The notes beneath the pieces are model-generated. The model was given only the letters and a program-made list of their open reading frames with translations, was not told the origin of the DNA and made no database searches. Below, one piece after another: positions 1 to 13,090 of a stretch of 64,000 bases of DNA (positions are counted from its first letter, which is position 1; every line of letters begins with the position of its first letter). The position numbers and the translations under genes are program-made. Source of the stretch: Octopus sinensis (taxonomy: Eukaryota); contig NC_043001.1 in assembly GCF_006345805.1 (NCBI RefSeq), positions 61,938,001 through 62,002,000 of the forward strand. Direction: 5' to 3'.

Positions 1-255
1 ATGTTAGTGATGGGCATGTTACTGGTCTATAAATTTGAGGGTGTATAGCGTTTTGCTTGTGGGGTTAGAGTGTTTTTATCCTTACTAGCATCCAGCCAAG
101 TGATGAGACTGATCTGTTATGCATTTTGTTACGTGCAGCCGCTATGAGTTCATGGGTATTGGTGAGGAGTTTCAACCTAGAGTTGGAGACCATATCTATT
201 TCTGATGCCTTCCAGTTCTCACTGTGTCAGGGATTTCCTTACTGAGGGCTCAACC

Positions 256-293
256 TCTTCTTCCTCCTCTTCTTCTTCTTCTTCTTCTTCTTC

Positions 294-347
<54 letters not shown>

Positions 348-495
348 TCCTTCTCCTTCTTCTCTTTCTTCTTCTTCTTCTTCTCCTTCTCCTCCTCTTC
401 TTCCCCCCTCTCCTCCTCCTCCTTCTTTCTGCTGCTGCTCACCCACATCATTATCATCATCATCATCATCATCATCATCATTATTGCTATTATCA
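256..495. repeat. Compound trinucleotide microsatellite (TCT/TAT/CCT/CAT)n
   Basis: Directly visible; it generates the poly-S/Y/I/L/H ORFs in the track. Confidence 0.95.
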
Positions 496-629
496 TTATT
501 CATATAATTCAATTTCCCTTTACCTAGCGAAGTCCTTCTTACAAATGTAAGCTGTTAATTCAGTTTAATGTCATTTCTCGCTTCATACTTTCATTGTAGA
601 TTTAAATAGAATTCATATACATACAAACA

Positions 630-1430
<801 letters not shown>

Positions 1431-2499
1431 ATATATTCAAACCTAATGTTGTCTGTTTATATATACTATGTAATTTATATAATTTTCTGCTCTTACATAC
1501 ATCAATTTTCGAAATTGCTTTCATTTCCCCGGTGTTTGCTATCACATAAGTCATGTTTATGTACGCGCATGTTTTTTGAAAACAAATATACACAGCTGAT
1601 GCAATATACGTAGAAGATTGATACACGAATTTATGCATCATTTCTGTTCAGCTTTAATTAATTTTATTTTATTCTGCTTTCATATTTAGTCTTTCCTAAA
1701 GCATGTAATAATTGCCTCTACTTAATTTGAGAAAAAAAAAGAAAATTATTGAAATTATTGTTCGATAATTATAGTAAATCTAATTTCCTTTTTAGATTTC
1801 AATATCGATTTTCAATGTATCAAGATAACAATTCTATTTCCTCGGTATTAATGTGTAGTAATCAGCTTAAAACTGTTCGAGATATTAATAAGGTACAAAA
1901 TATATATCCAAATATTTCGTTTGCGCGGTAAACAATGCGGCAACTGAGAACAAAATCACATCATACTCATTTCCCTCCCTTATCCATCTTTTCGTCACTA
2001 TATGATAAATCACTCAGCTTGTAGAAGAGAGTTTCTAAGAAAACTATAATTACTTTCCAATATTTCATAAAATACTTTTACTTCATCATTGACATTTCTG
2101 TTGATCGCCGTTAAAATTGTAGTTTTGCATCATAGTTGTGAATATTGATGTTCCTACCACTGCAACTAGCTTTCGCAACTTTTTTTTATCACTGTTTTGT
2201 ATTTATATTGCTTTTCAACTTTTATCCGAGATTATATAAAGTGATAATAAGTGTTTTCCGTGTTAACTTGATTAATGCAAAGGCTCATCAAAGAATATAT
2301 TTCTCTTATTTTAGCAGCAAAGATAAGAAAGATGTTGAATTTAAAAAATCAATAACATATATCAGAAAATAAACATTTCTAAAATTTTTTATTACCCTTC
2401 TTTTTTATATTATTTGGCTGCTAGCTATAGATATGATCATGTATGTCTATGTGATGGTGCATGCACTAATGTATATCTATGCTTCATTTTGTACATGCA

Positions 2500-2531
2500 C
2501 ACATGCGCATACATATGTGTATGTATTTGTG

Positions 2532-2615
<84 letters not shown>

Positions 2616-2883
2616 AGTGTGCGTATGTACAGAATCAGAGACAGAGTAGGGGGAAAATTTAATATAATCAAATATAAAATATTGTAGTCTAATGATGTTT
2701 GATAACAACTATGATGACTAGACGACGCTAACGATGCTATTGGTGAGGATGAGGAAGATGGTGCTATCTCATCATCATCACCACCATTATGACAACAACA
2801 ACAATTACAACAACAATAGTAACAACAAAAACAACAACAACGACAACAACAACAATAATGATAATAATAATAATATTAATAAA

Positions 2884-2934
<51 letters not shown>

Positions 2935-3042
2935 CATAATAATAATCATAATAATAGTAATAGTAATAATAATAGTAATAGTAATAGTAATAGTAATAAT
3001 AATAATAATACTAATAATAATAAAATAATAATAATAATAATA

Positions 3043-3110
<68 letters not shown>
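2500..3110. repeat. (GT)n followed by (CAT)n/(AAC)n/(AAT)n microsatellites
   Basis: Directly visible. Confidence 0.95.
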
Positions 3111-3111
<1 letters not shown>

Positions 3112-3620
3112 GCGCTGGTGCGGTACCAAGCAGTGGCTCTCATGTACATTGCTTTGTCTTGATATAAAAGATGGGCTACAGCAAATGTAGCAATTTAGCC
3201 CGGATGCAGTACCAGGCAGTGGCCCCTATGGCTTCTGATCTTAACTGATTGGAAGTGTTATCATGTACATTGTTTTGTCTTGATATAAAAGATGGGCTAC
3301 AGCAAATATGCTGCTCAATACCACAGATTTGCTTGTCAGTTGTTTGACCTTAACCAGTTGACCATGTCCTTTAGTGGCTGACGATATGTGCATCTTTGAC
3401 CACGAGCAGAAGTAGTAGGGGAGCATCATAGTTATGTATTGAGAGGAATCTCTTGAGGTTTGGATAATTCACCTCTAGAAATATAGGTGTTTCGTTCAAC
3501 ATCCTCAAACAACCCTTATTCAGGAACGTTTTTGAACGGATGGGCTACTCGACCTGAAGAAAATTCTACATAGGCCCCACCTGCAAGGTCATGTGCTGTT
3601 TATCTTGATATAAGATCCTC
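3111..3620. repeat. Unclassified dispersed repeat with an internal 46-bp duplication
   Basis: CATGTACATTG(C/T)TTTGTCTTGATATAAAAGATGGGCTACAGCAAAT at 3141-3186 and 3262-3307, with a partial third copy near 3590. That it is dispersed in the genome is inference. Confidence 0.55.
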
Positions 3621-3714
3621 GTTGTAGTCATGGAATGCGAAGGTGGCTGTAGAATATTTAGTGGCAGTAATTAATACTGTATCCTTATTAAATACAGGTA
3701 GTGGGTAGCGATTT

Positions 3715-4439
3715 TCTTCACTACTTCAGGGAGTGACGACCCTGCCTGACACGAGTCCCGGGCTCAGCTGGCTCCGGCTGACAGTACCCGGTATGAGCCC
3801 CTATCCAAGGTTACAGAAAGGAGACAACCTTCAAAGAAATCCGGAGACGAGCCCCGTAGGCGGTTTAGTGTTCGACTCGACACTCTTCCAGCAGCTCCTG
3901 CAACCAAACTGGTGCCAAACGTAATGCTCTGCACTCATTTGGACTACGTCAGCAAGGTCGAGAGAGGAATCCTGACGATTGGGCTACCCAGGATTTTCTT
4001 ATATCTAGCCCAGGCCTGCGCAGAACAGGAGAGGACACTTCAATGCTGCTGTAAAAAGTGACTGAAAAAGTATGGGCGGTAGCAGTCACGAGTGATAAGT
4101 CCATTCAGATTGCCGTAGGATATGGACGCTAGGGGTTACCTCTGACGGTGGGAGGGACCCTCGTGTCCTACTGGTTAGCTACTGCCCACCTCAAGCTGGG
4201 TAGCCCCCAGTTAATAAGGTACTGACCCACGACAGGCCGCCTGCTTTATTGGGTGCTTGGAGCTAAGAGTTTGACTTTAAAAACGGTCTGCAACCTCTGC
4301 ACCAGGCAAACAATCAAAAGACAAGAAATCACCAGTCCTGCGGTTAGGAAGTTGGAACGTCAGGACCATGTGTCCTGGCATATCTCATGACCTACTCAGG
4401 GTTGAAGACACAAGAAAGACGACCATCATTGATAATTAA
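3715..4439 (+). mobile_element. RTE-clade LINE 5' end (GC-richer 5' UTR plus the start of the APE endonuclease), truncated
   Basis: 4323-4439 translates KKSPVLRLGSWNVRTMCPGISHDLLRVEDTRKTTIIDN*. GSWNVRTM is the APE N-terminal motif typical of RTE ORFs. Confidence 0.75.
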
Positions 4440-4589
4440 ACATCAAAAGGTGTATATAATGGTTGTGAATGAAGCAAAATCTCTGTAATCATAGATTTTG
4501 CAACTTCTGGTGATGATATTGTATCCGAAAGAAAAGAAAGAAAGAAGCTCATATATGATAATTTGAAGTGAAAATTAAAAAGACTGTGT

Positions 4590-4790
4590 TCATTGGAAAC
4601 GGAGAGTGTTGCACGCATTGCTGGACTGAAAAGATAGGAGGAAATGTGAAGATAAAACATCTACAGAAAACGGCGCTCTTTAGAACTGCACAAAACCACA
4701 CCAAAGTTCTCGAAATCTGAATGATGAATGTCACCTGAGTCCACTGGCAGCTGACACAGTTACGTTTTCCGGAAAAGTTGCGTGTTAAGT
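4590..4790 (+). mobile_element. 3' end of an R4/Dong-type (RLE) non-LTR retrotransposon
   Basis: 4622-4720 translates WTEKIGGNVKIKHLQKTALFRTAQNHTKVLEI*, resembling the LQKxALLGTARILRKVL C-terminus of these elements. Confidence 0.6.
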
Positions 4791-6719
4791 AAGAATTATG
4801 CTTGGCGCATCTGATTTTCATTTTTCTTTTCCAATTTCTGAAATATGCATTGTGTTTTGTGAAAGATTGTTTTCAAGCATAATCGATGAATGAAAGTGAG
4901 CAAATCTTAAAACCTGGCGCATAATTCAAGAAACAGCCTAATCGTATTAACTATCAACAGGCAACCATGGACTTACAGTACTGTTCACCGCTATTTCTAA
5001 AGCTAAAGAAAATGTTATTCTCTGCGCTAAGTACATAATTTAATGTATAGGGTTTTTCGATATAACAAAAATGTTAACTTTTGTACTTTTAGATGCTTCA
5101 CAGTCGTACGTTTTGAAAACAATACGCTCCGATGGAGGTTATTATTATTGTCGCTATAAATATAGCAAAATGTATTTATAATCTAAGTATTTTGCAAATT
5201 TTTGCAAAATCTAACACTATCTAACATTATGGGAGTTATCGTAGTTTGAAACGGATAGAATTTTTGATACTAAATTAAAGTAAAAACTTAAAATCACGCA
5301 TGCACAAAGGTTTTATTTTATAAAATAAATTTTTCTTAGCTTTTTTAGACTTTGCTACAACTTTTGATTCCGCCATTTTAAATTTGCGGTGGTTACAATC
5401 GAAGAAAAGAAGATATTTGGAGGGGTTATTTATTTGGTTTTCTTTTTAAAAAGTTCTACTAATGGGTGTTCACTAAATGATGTGCTTTAATTAGGAAAAA
5501 AGAAACTTTCCCTCATTATAGAAGTAGCACCGTGCCCCTTCTACCTAAAAAGCATAGCAATATGGGTAAGAAGAATACTGATTATAGCAAAGAGTAAAAA
5601 AAATTGGAAAAATTGGCTTAAGTGGCTTAGGGTATAGAATAATAAGGCAGTATGTGCAAGTGCACATACTGCACATACTACAAGCATGCGTAAATCCACT
5701 AAAACTTATCATTAGAAATCTGTGAAATAACAAAAGAGCATGAATAGTTGAACGAACTTAGATCTAGTTTCAAACATATATACGAATATTACTACCTAAA
5801 ATGCAGAAATAGAATACAAACTGAAATTAAATTAAGTCTTTAATATACTTGGTTGTATAACGAAATACGGTGTCCTTAGTAGCAATTGATATATAGGCAC
5901 CAGTTGCCAGGAATATATCTATTATGTAATATTGGTATGTCCAATTGTATTACACTGCTATATTTGATTGCTATTTAAGCAATGTGTTCCTAGATGGTTA
6001 CTGGGTTGGATGTGGTGCTGAAGAAGGAGCAAGGATTCCTGAAATATACATATACATCCATTGTCTATTTTTCTATCTTCGATCGCATTGTTTACATAGA
6101 TATATTCGTATACGAAACATTGTAACTTTCACTAGTTATAATTTCTACAGAAAATCTGTAGAAGTAGCTTTAAAAAGTTAAATATAGTGTACAAATAGCA
6201 TGTCACTGTGGTTCGATCGGTATATCACCATATTCATCAAATTCACAGTAAACCTGAAAGTTTTAAGGTAAATACAAAAAGCACTTAAATCTAATTAAGA
6301 ATGTTATAGCTTTGGCTGTACGAGAAGTTTCTTGATGACATGGAAAAGTCAAATTACTTTTTTATTAATTAGTGAATAAACTGATATGGACTCAGAGGAG
6401 TAATGTACTTGTGTGAGAGATATTACCCTATAAACATCAAAGTGAGTAAACATCCACTCTAGCAATAATTCCTACTGTATCTGTTACTAGTGTAACAGAA
6501 TTTACAATGCAATTGAATATTTCTAACAAAGAACTGCATAAATAAAAATAACTTCACTGGACGAAATATTTATGGAATAACATATGTTAGTGGGTAACCT
6601 AATTCAGCGTTTTCGAGATTCACAAATATGAACTCATATACTATGTATATAAACACTTATCAGCCACCTTGCCCTGAGTCAGCGCAATAACCAAGAACCT
6701 CTGACCAACCGTTCAAAGT

Positions 6720-7720
6720 TCTGGATATAGCATCCAAAACCCTGAAATCACACACCCAGTAGTTTTAGAAAGGAAGAGCACAATGGACAATAGTTCTTGA
6801 TACGCAAAAAGATAGGATGGTTACAGTTTGAACGCCATTTATCGTAGGTCAGAGCTAATTTGGAGCTGAACAACAACTAATGGGACTTCTACGTAATAGA
6901 TTAGCCTAATAAACCTAACGGTTAAAATTCCCACAAATCTTACACTACCAATTTCATGTGAAAAGGCCCATTAGGGTAAGCTAGAAATGACTAGCCAAGT
7001 TTACTCCAAACTATATATAATATAGTTTTTAAAAAGCAAGGATACGTTGTGTCGTTCTTGATAAACACAAAAATTGACGGAAAGCTGTCAACAACACCAA
7101 TATCACCGTCTTAAAAAAATATCATCATATACAAAATCTTCCACCAAATCACATACTACTGTCCTTAAGAAAGGAAGGAGATACTGAGTAATGTAGTTCC
7201 TGATATAGAAGAACCCAAGATAGTCACGGACAGAAAACCCTTTTATCATAGATTTTCTCCATCATGCTAAACTTGGATCTAAACAGCAACAAAGGGACAT
7301 TGACAAGGTAACCAATGACAGAACCATTGAGTGGTTGTCCAGACTGCTAGAAACATCAGTCAAACCTCCAAATCACATACCATACAATCTTAAAACAATG
7401 ACGGCCACATTGGACAATGTAGCCCCTGATATACAAACGATTGGATGATCACAGCTTGAACGAATTCTATCACAGGTCAGCCCCATCAGACATAACCCGA
7501 GGTTAAACTGCAACCACTAACGTAGCCTACTTGCTTTAGATACACCCACAATGATATTGCAAGAAATCCCCCGAATCCCATTCTATCACTTTAAAAATTA
7601 AAAAAATGAAGGCTTACGTGTTGGGTCTGCCCAAGCCAGAAATAATCAAGCAAATTTCTCCTAAAATCACACATCCTACATTCTAAAAAAATAGAGATCA
7701 CCATACATGAAAACTAACAT
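6720..7720 (+). repeat. Diverged tandem array of ~200-bp units
   Basis: The recurrent anchor (CTAGAAA..CAG.CAAA.CTCC)AAATCACA appears at ~6744, 6934, 7146, 7370, 7573 and 7663. Confidence 0.6.
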
Positions 7721-7770
7721 CAATGATAGATGCTCTATCAGGCTTGTACACACGCACACACTTGTACACA

Positions 7771-7813
<43 letters not shown>

Positions 7814-8797
7814 AGACATATGTGAATTGAAGCATAAACGTCAAAATTATATCCACAGTGATTAAGAGCTCAATTAATAACAGGCTGTTAAGTAAGTCAT
7901 TAATAACACATCATTAAATTGTAGTAAATCCAGGTGAGACTGACTTCCATGTATGTACATAATTGGCTAAAATGATCTTTAAGACCAACATGTTTTGAGT
8001 AAAGGCAAAAAAGAAAATTCACATTTATTTCGTGCTTTAAATGTGTTCAACTATTTCATTAGCATAAACATCATTAAATACATAGTTGTATAATTACGAG
8101 ACATAATTAAATAGATTTAACTTAAATTGGTATAAAAGCTGAACATAATATTTCTGATGATTTGTGTAAGCACAGCTTTTAAATTAATTTGATACAAATT
8201 AACTACTTATGTGTTACCATTATATCATTATGCATTTAACGATGTTTATGTTAATGAAACAACTGTTGAACACAATTAAGAATGAATTATATATGAAATT
8301 TCTGCTTTTTTGCTTTTATTGTATATATACTTTTTATCTTATATTAAACTTTTTAATACTTTTTGATACTTATATATATTTAATAAATTTTTTTTTAAAT
8401 AAATAAATAAATAAAAAGTAAAAATAAAAATAAATATATATATATATAAGTTCAGCAAAAATTTAGATTCAAATGAATATGGTACTTAATTTAGATGCAC
8501 CAGAATTCTGTATGGTGTTATCAATAAAAATCGGTGGGGTGATTATAATCAAAATAAGCAACAAGAATAATTCGGTAATTTGGTACGATCGTTTCGTACT
8601 ACATCATTTTATTAAATGTTGTAAGTATTACAACAGTTTTAAAATGCTGAACACTCATCAGCCAATTATAGAAGTTTTCCATTAATACAAAAATTTTCAT
8701 ATCAAGTGGTAACATTATAGAGAAAGTATATATATAGACAAAGATGTGGATTTAAATTTTAAGAACATTTGAGGTAGTGGAGCCCATCAACTGACTG

Positions 8798-10517
8798 ACT
8801 AAGATTTGGTTGTTCCAGACTCCTGTAAGGTTCTGAGAGGGAAGAATAAGTGGAAGAAGACGATAATGATGTTCTAATTACAGAAATGGGGTAAAGGGGA
8901 TTTCAGAGCTCCATATAAGGAATTTATGTAGAAGACAGCATTGTCACTGCTAAATGCCAATTACTACTATTTGATGAACAGATTCGGTGTTAGGAGAACT
9001 AGGTCAATGTCAAGTGGTCACAATAATATTCACAGAGAATGCAGAAACCTTACAAACCCTATGCACATCATCACAACAGTTGGTCAATAAGTTCCAAGTA
9101 CTTTGACACGTTAGAATAAAGGAAAAATATAAATCTAAAATTTATTCAATTTGGAGAAAAAGACTATCACTTATTAAGAGTAGGCATAGTACTTATTAAC
9201 TGGGGGGGGGGGAGCCTTATTAATCAAGTGAACCTATAATGGGTCAAAATCTATACTAAGAAAGATGGAAGAGGGAAAATCAAAGAAAGAAGATATTCAA
9301 AGATTTAGTAGAATGTGATATTTCATAATATGAGGGGAGGTGATTTAGAAGAGTAAATTATTCAAACTTCATGGATAGTAAGTTTATATTGATGAATTAA
9401 AAAATAGGATCTATTGGGAATAAAATTTACTACCTGCGGATAAAAGTTAATTAGTTAGGTAAAAATATCTTAGGTTAATTATATATTAAGAAATGAGAGT
9501 GAGGTAATCAGGATGAACCAAATAGTTACCCTAGGGACATAGGATTAATACTACTTAGTATTGGGGAACATTATAAAAAGAAGAATTTAATTCTAAGTTT
9601 ATAATGAAGTTTTTTAATCATTTATAAGTGTTAAACTAAAACCAGTATGGTATATTCGTTCCTATTTGGTTAAATATATATTTTGTAAAGATATCTTAGA
9701 CTAATTATATATTAAGAAATGGAAGTGAGATAATCAAGGTGAACCGAATAGTTTCTTTAGGGATATGGGATTCATACTATTTAGTATTTCTACTATTTGG
9801 GATTCATATTATTTAGGATTCCAACTATTTAGATTCATACAGTTTAATTTTAGAAAAAAGAAGAATTCAATTTTAAGTTTGCAGTGAAGTCATCTATGAA
9901 TGTTAAATTGAAAGCCAGTATGGTATATTCCTTCTTATTTGGTTATAAAAATTAAAATTTGAAAAATATAGAAATATTCACATAAATTCCTTATATGGAG
10001 CTCTGAAATCCCCTTTACCCCATTTCTATAATTAGAACATCTTTATTGTCTCCTTCCACTTATTCTTCCCTCTCAGAACCTTACAGGAGTCTGGAACAAC
10101 CAAATCTTAGTTGAATTTTCCTTTATGTTTGAAGTTCATACAGTCATCTGACGAAAACGGTTTCTTTGCAATGATGTAATGTTTGCATTAATCAATTAAA
10201 GCAATCGCTTGAAATGGCCGTAATGAATTGACACTTGTACCTCTTTGTTACTCATTCATATTTTATTCACCTATATGTGGAATCTGTGGTTCGGAAATAT
10301 TATGGAAAATATTTTAATATAAAGTAAATGTCTGAATAGCCAAGAACGGATCTCTTCCCTAAGCTGGGTTGTATTATCTACATACACTACAAGAATATCA
10401 AGTGCTAGCACTTCTGCACCGAGTCTTATATTTACTTAATATTGTTTGGGTGTGCATGTATCTCCGACATAACAAAGTGCATCAATTTGAGTACCTAATT
10501 CAACTGAATCTTAATTG

Positions 10518-10520
<3 letters not shown>
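8798..10520 (+). mobile_element. PLE pseudo-LTR-type remnant with an inverted partial copy, an internal direct duplication and a hammerhead motif
   Basis: Inverted repeat 8798-8929 / 9980-10111; ~230-bp direct duplication at ~9480-9960; hammerhead at 10141-10230; ends in (TA)n at ~10520. Confidence 0.6.
10141..10230 (+). ncRNA. Type I hammerhead ribozyme motif (slightly decayed)
   Basis: CAGTCAT-CTGACGA-AAACGGTTTCTTT...AAAGCAATCGCTT-GAAA-TGGCCG-TA-ATGAATTG. Core intact; 13-bp stem II with 2 mismatches; GUA cleavage triplet. Confidence 0.7.
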
Positions 10521-10563
<43 letters not shown>

Positions 10564-10699
10564 TGAAGAAAAGAAGGCTAAAGATACTGCTTGCTAAAAA
10601 TCAAAGCGAAAGCTTCAAAAAACCACCAGTTCTCTATAAACGGAGCGGGACGTTTACAGTTAGAAATGCACACGAGTTGACGTAGTGAACATTTTAGAA

Positions 10700-11950
10700 A
10701 TAGATGTCAAATAACTGTCTCCAACTGAGGATTGCAAATCATGTTTCTCATGCACACTATGAAATCAATTGATATTGGGGTATGTATTAACTTCGTATTC
10801 CATCCTGAAGGTAAGACTATTTTTTAAAAATATTCCTTACATTGCTCGTGTGTGTATTTATCGTAGAACTGTTTCTGTTGAATTTCTCAGTTGTTGTCAG
10901 GATTTTGCGGGTTTTGATGTTTATGGAATGGATTTCCTCTACAGACCAATCAAGTATCTCAAATGTTGGAATCAGCATTGATACTGAAAATGTATTGTGG
11001 GATATTGTTTTGTTGTAAGAGGAGAGTTCCGACTGCCATATTTTCCTATGTCTGGTGTAATATTTTCTGATCACTCTATCTTTATTCACAGGGCCTTCAT
11101 ATGATACATTTTCGTCTATGCCTAAGTACTTGTAACATTTTTTGTGTGGAATAAGGGAGATAGAGAGACCGTTGATGCACAGGTTTTGGGTTTGGGAGAC
11201 TGACTTTCCCCGTTCTATAACCAAAAATGAACATTTCCTTTGGTCAAATTCTATGCGTATATCAGCTGAAAATGTTGTTAATTCCAGTTGTTTTTTGGCA
11301 TTGTTAACACTTTAAGCATAAATCTTCAGGTCGTCTACAAATAAATTATGAGTTACATTGATATTTTTAGCAGTTGAAGGTCCTAGCATGTAACCATTTG
11401 TTTTCTGCAGTAGGAATAATAAAGGATTCAGTGTCAAATGAAAAGAAGTACAGAAAGGTTATCTCCCTGGAATATTCCCTTTGAAATGCCTATTCTATCA
11501 GAAACAATTATTCTCTTCTCAGTTGTAAGGTCAGGAATTGTTGTCCATATCTTTGTGAGTCTCTCTATAGCTGCAATTAAGGCAGTATGCACTTTTGCCA
11601 GATGTAAGCACTTCAACAGCCATGGATGAGGGATATAGTCGAATGCCTTCCCATAGTCAAGCCACACTGTCACATGGTTTCTATATTGTTTTCTTACTTC
11701 AGACAGTACAGCTTTATTCATTAAAAGTTGTTCTACACAACCCCATTTTCCCTTCTTTCCACCAGCCTCTTCATCAGTTGTTCGACTCACAATGGACCTG
11801 AAAGAATTGGTTGAGGCAACTTGTGAACAGTTTGCACATAATGTTTAAACAAGCAATGGGACTGTAGTTTCCTACCATGATTTCATTTTTTGCCCTTGCT
11901 GTAGCGAGCTAATTTAGTATATCTGTCTGACCTTCCATAGTCCTTTTTAA
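10700..11950 (-). mobile_element. R4/Dong-type (RLE) non-LTR retrotransposon RT fragment, decayed
   Basis: Minus-strand peptides NYSPIACLN, WLDYGKAFD, GIFQGDNLS, LFVDDLK and YKYLG, broken by stops and frameshifts. Confidence 0.85.
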
Positions 11951-11954
11951 CATA

Positions 11955-12510
11955 CAGTGGGGGGAAATAAATTTTCGTACATGTCAAAATTCTTTATTCA
12001 TTTAATTTCTAATGAACATAAATGGGATATACCAATACTATATTTGCATACACATGCATAAACTAAGAATATGCAAAAGAAACTAATAAATTATATTAAC
12101 TAAGGAATTTATATTCAATTATAAATATTTAGGGATGAAAAAAGTATTCGTACAGAACATAGATAACTCATAATTCTGATTTAATACTTCGTAGCATAAC
12201 CATTATTCAGTTCCACTTCAATCAATCTCTTCGTGTAGTTCTTGATCAATGACTCGCATGTTTCTTGAGGAATTTTTTCCCATTCTTCTTGACAAATTTT
12301 CTTCAAATCTGCAATGCACGTTGGGGCTCTTGAATGAATTTTAATTTTCAAATAATGCCACAAATTTTCAATGGGGTTCAAGTCAGGTGACTGGCTTTGC
12401 CATTCTAATAATTTTATATTGTGATCGACAATCCAGTTTTCGTAGACTTCGCTGTATGCTTAGGATTGTTATCCTGTTGTAAAACCCACCCTTCACAAAA
12501 TATTGTTCAG
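11955..12510 (-). mobile_element. Tc1 transposon 3' fragment with one terminus
   Basis: WVLQQDNNPKH and frameshifted EWQSQSPDLNPIENLWHYL...GYATKY*. Terminus TA|CAGTGGGGGGAAATAAATTTTCGTACA at 11955; similar inner repeat GGGATGAAAAAAGTATTCGTACA at ~12131 (IR/DR-like). Confidence 0.85.
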
Positions 12511-12833
12511 ATGTATTCTGTAGTCTTCGCTACTGAGTCAACTAAATTTGGAGACACACTCGAATTTAGCGATGACGGGAGCTATGATTTCTTTACCTTA
12601 TGTTTTACGGCGCTTCTAGCAGATGTTGGTCCATTCTTAGTGTTTTGGGATGATCGAGGACCAGTTGATTTGTTTCTTACAAAAGATGCTTGTTATCGGA
12701 GCTGTTTCGTCGTAATGGTATTTAAATTGAGATGAGCTTCGCCCCAGTAATATTTTAACCACTTCATGTATCCGATTGAAGGGTCATCGCGGGCTTTTTC
12801 ATAGTACCGAAGTAAATCTTGGTTTAGTGGTTG
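12510..12833 (-). mobile_element. Probable N-terminal fragment of the same R4/Dong-type LINE
   Basis: YYEKARDDPSIGYMKWLKYYWGEAHLNLNTITTKQLR*QASFV resembles the GYMKR..W....T.K.LRDQAS N-terminal block of these elements (recognition by memory). Confidence 0.45.
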
Positions 12834-13033
12834 TATGTATGTATGTATGTATGTATGTATGTATGTATGTATGTATGTATGTATGTATGAATGTATGTAT
12901 GTATGTATGTATGTATGTATGTATGTATGTATGTATGCATGCATGCATGCATGCATGTATGTATGTATGTATGTATGTATGTATGTATGTATGCATGCAT
13001 GCATGCATGCATGCATGTATGTATGTATGTATG

Positions 13034-13064
<31 letters not shown>

Positions 13065-13090
13065 ATATGTATGTATGTATGTATGCATGC
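12834..13090. repeat. (TATG)n/(CATG)n microsatellite
   Basis: Directly visible. Confidence 0.95.
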
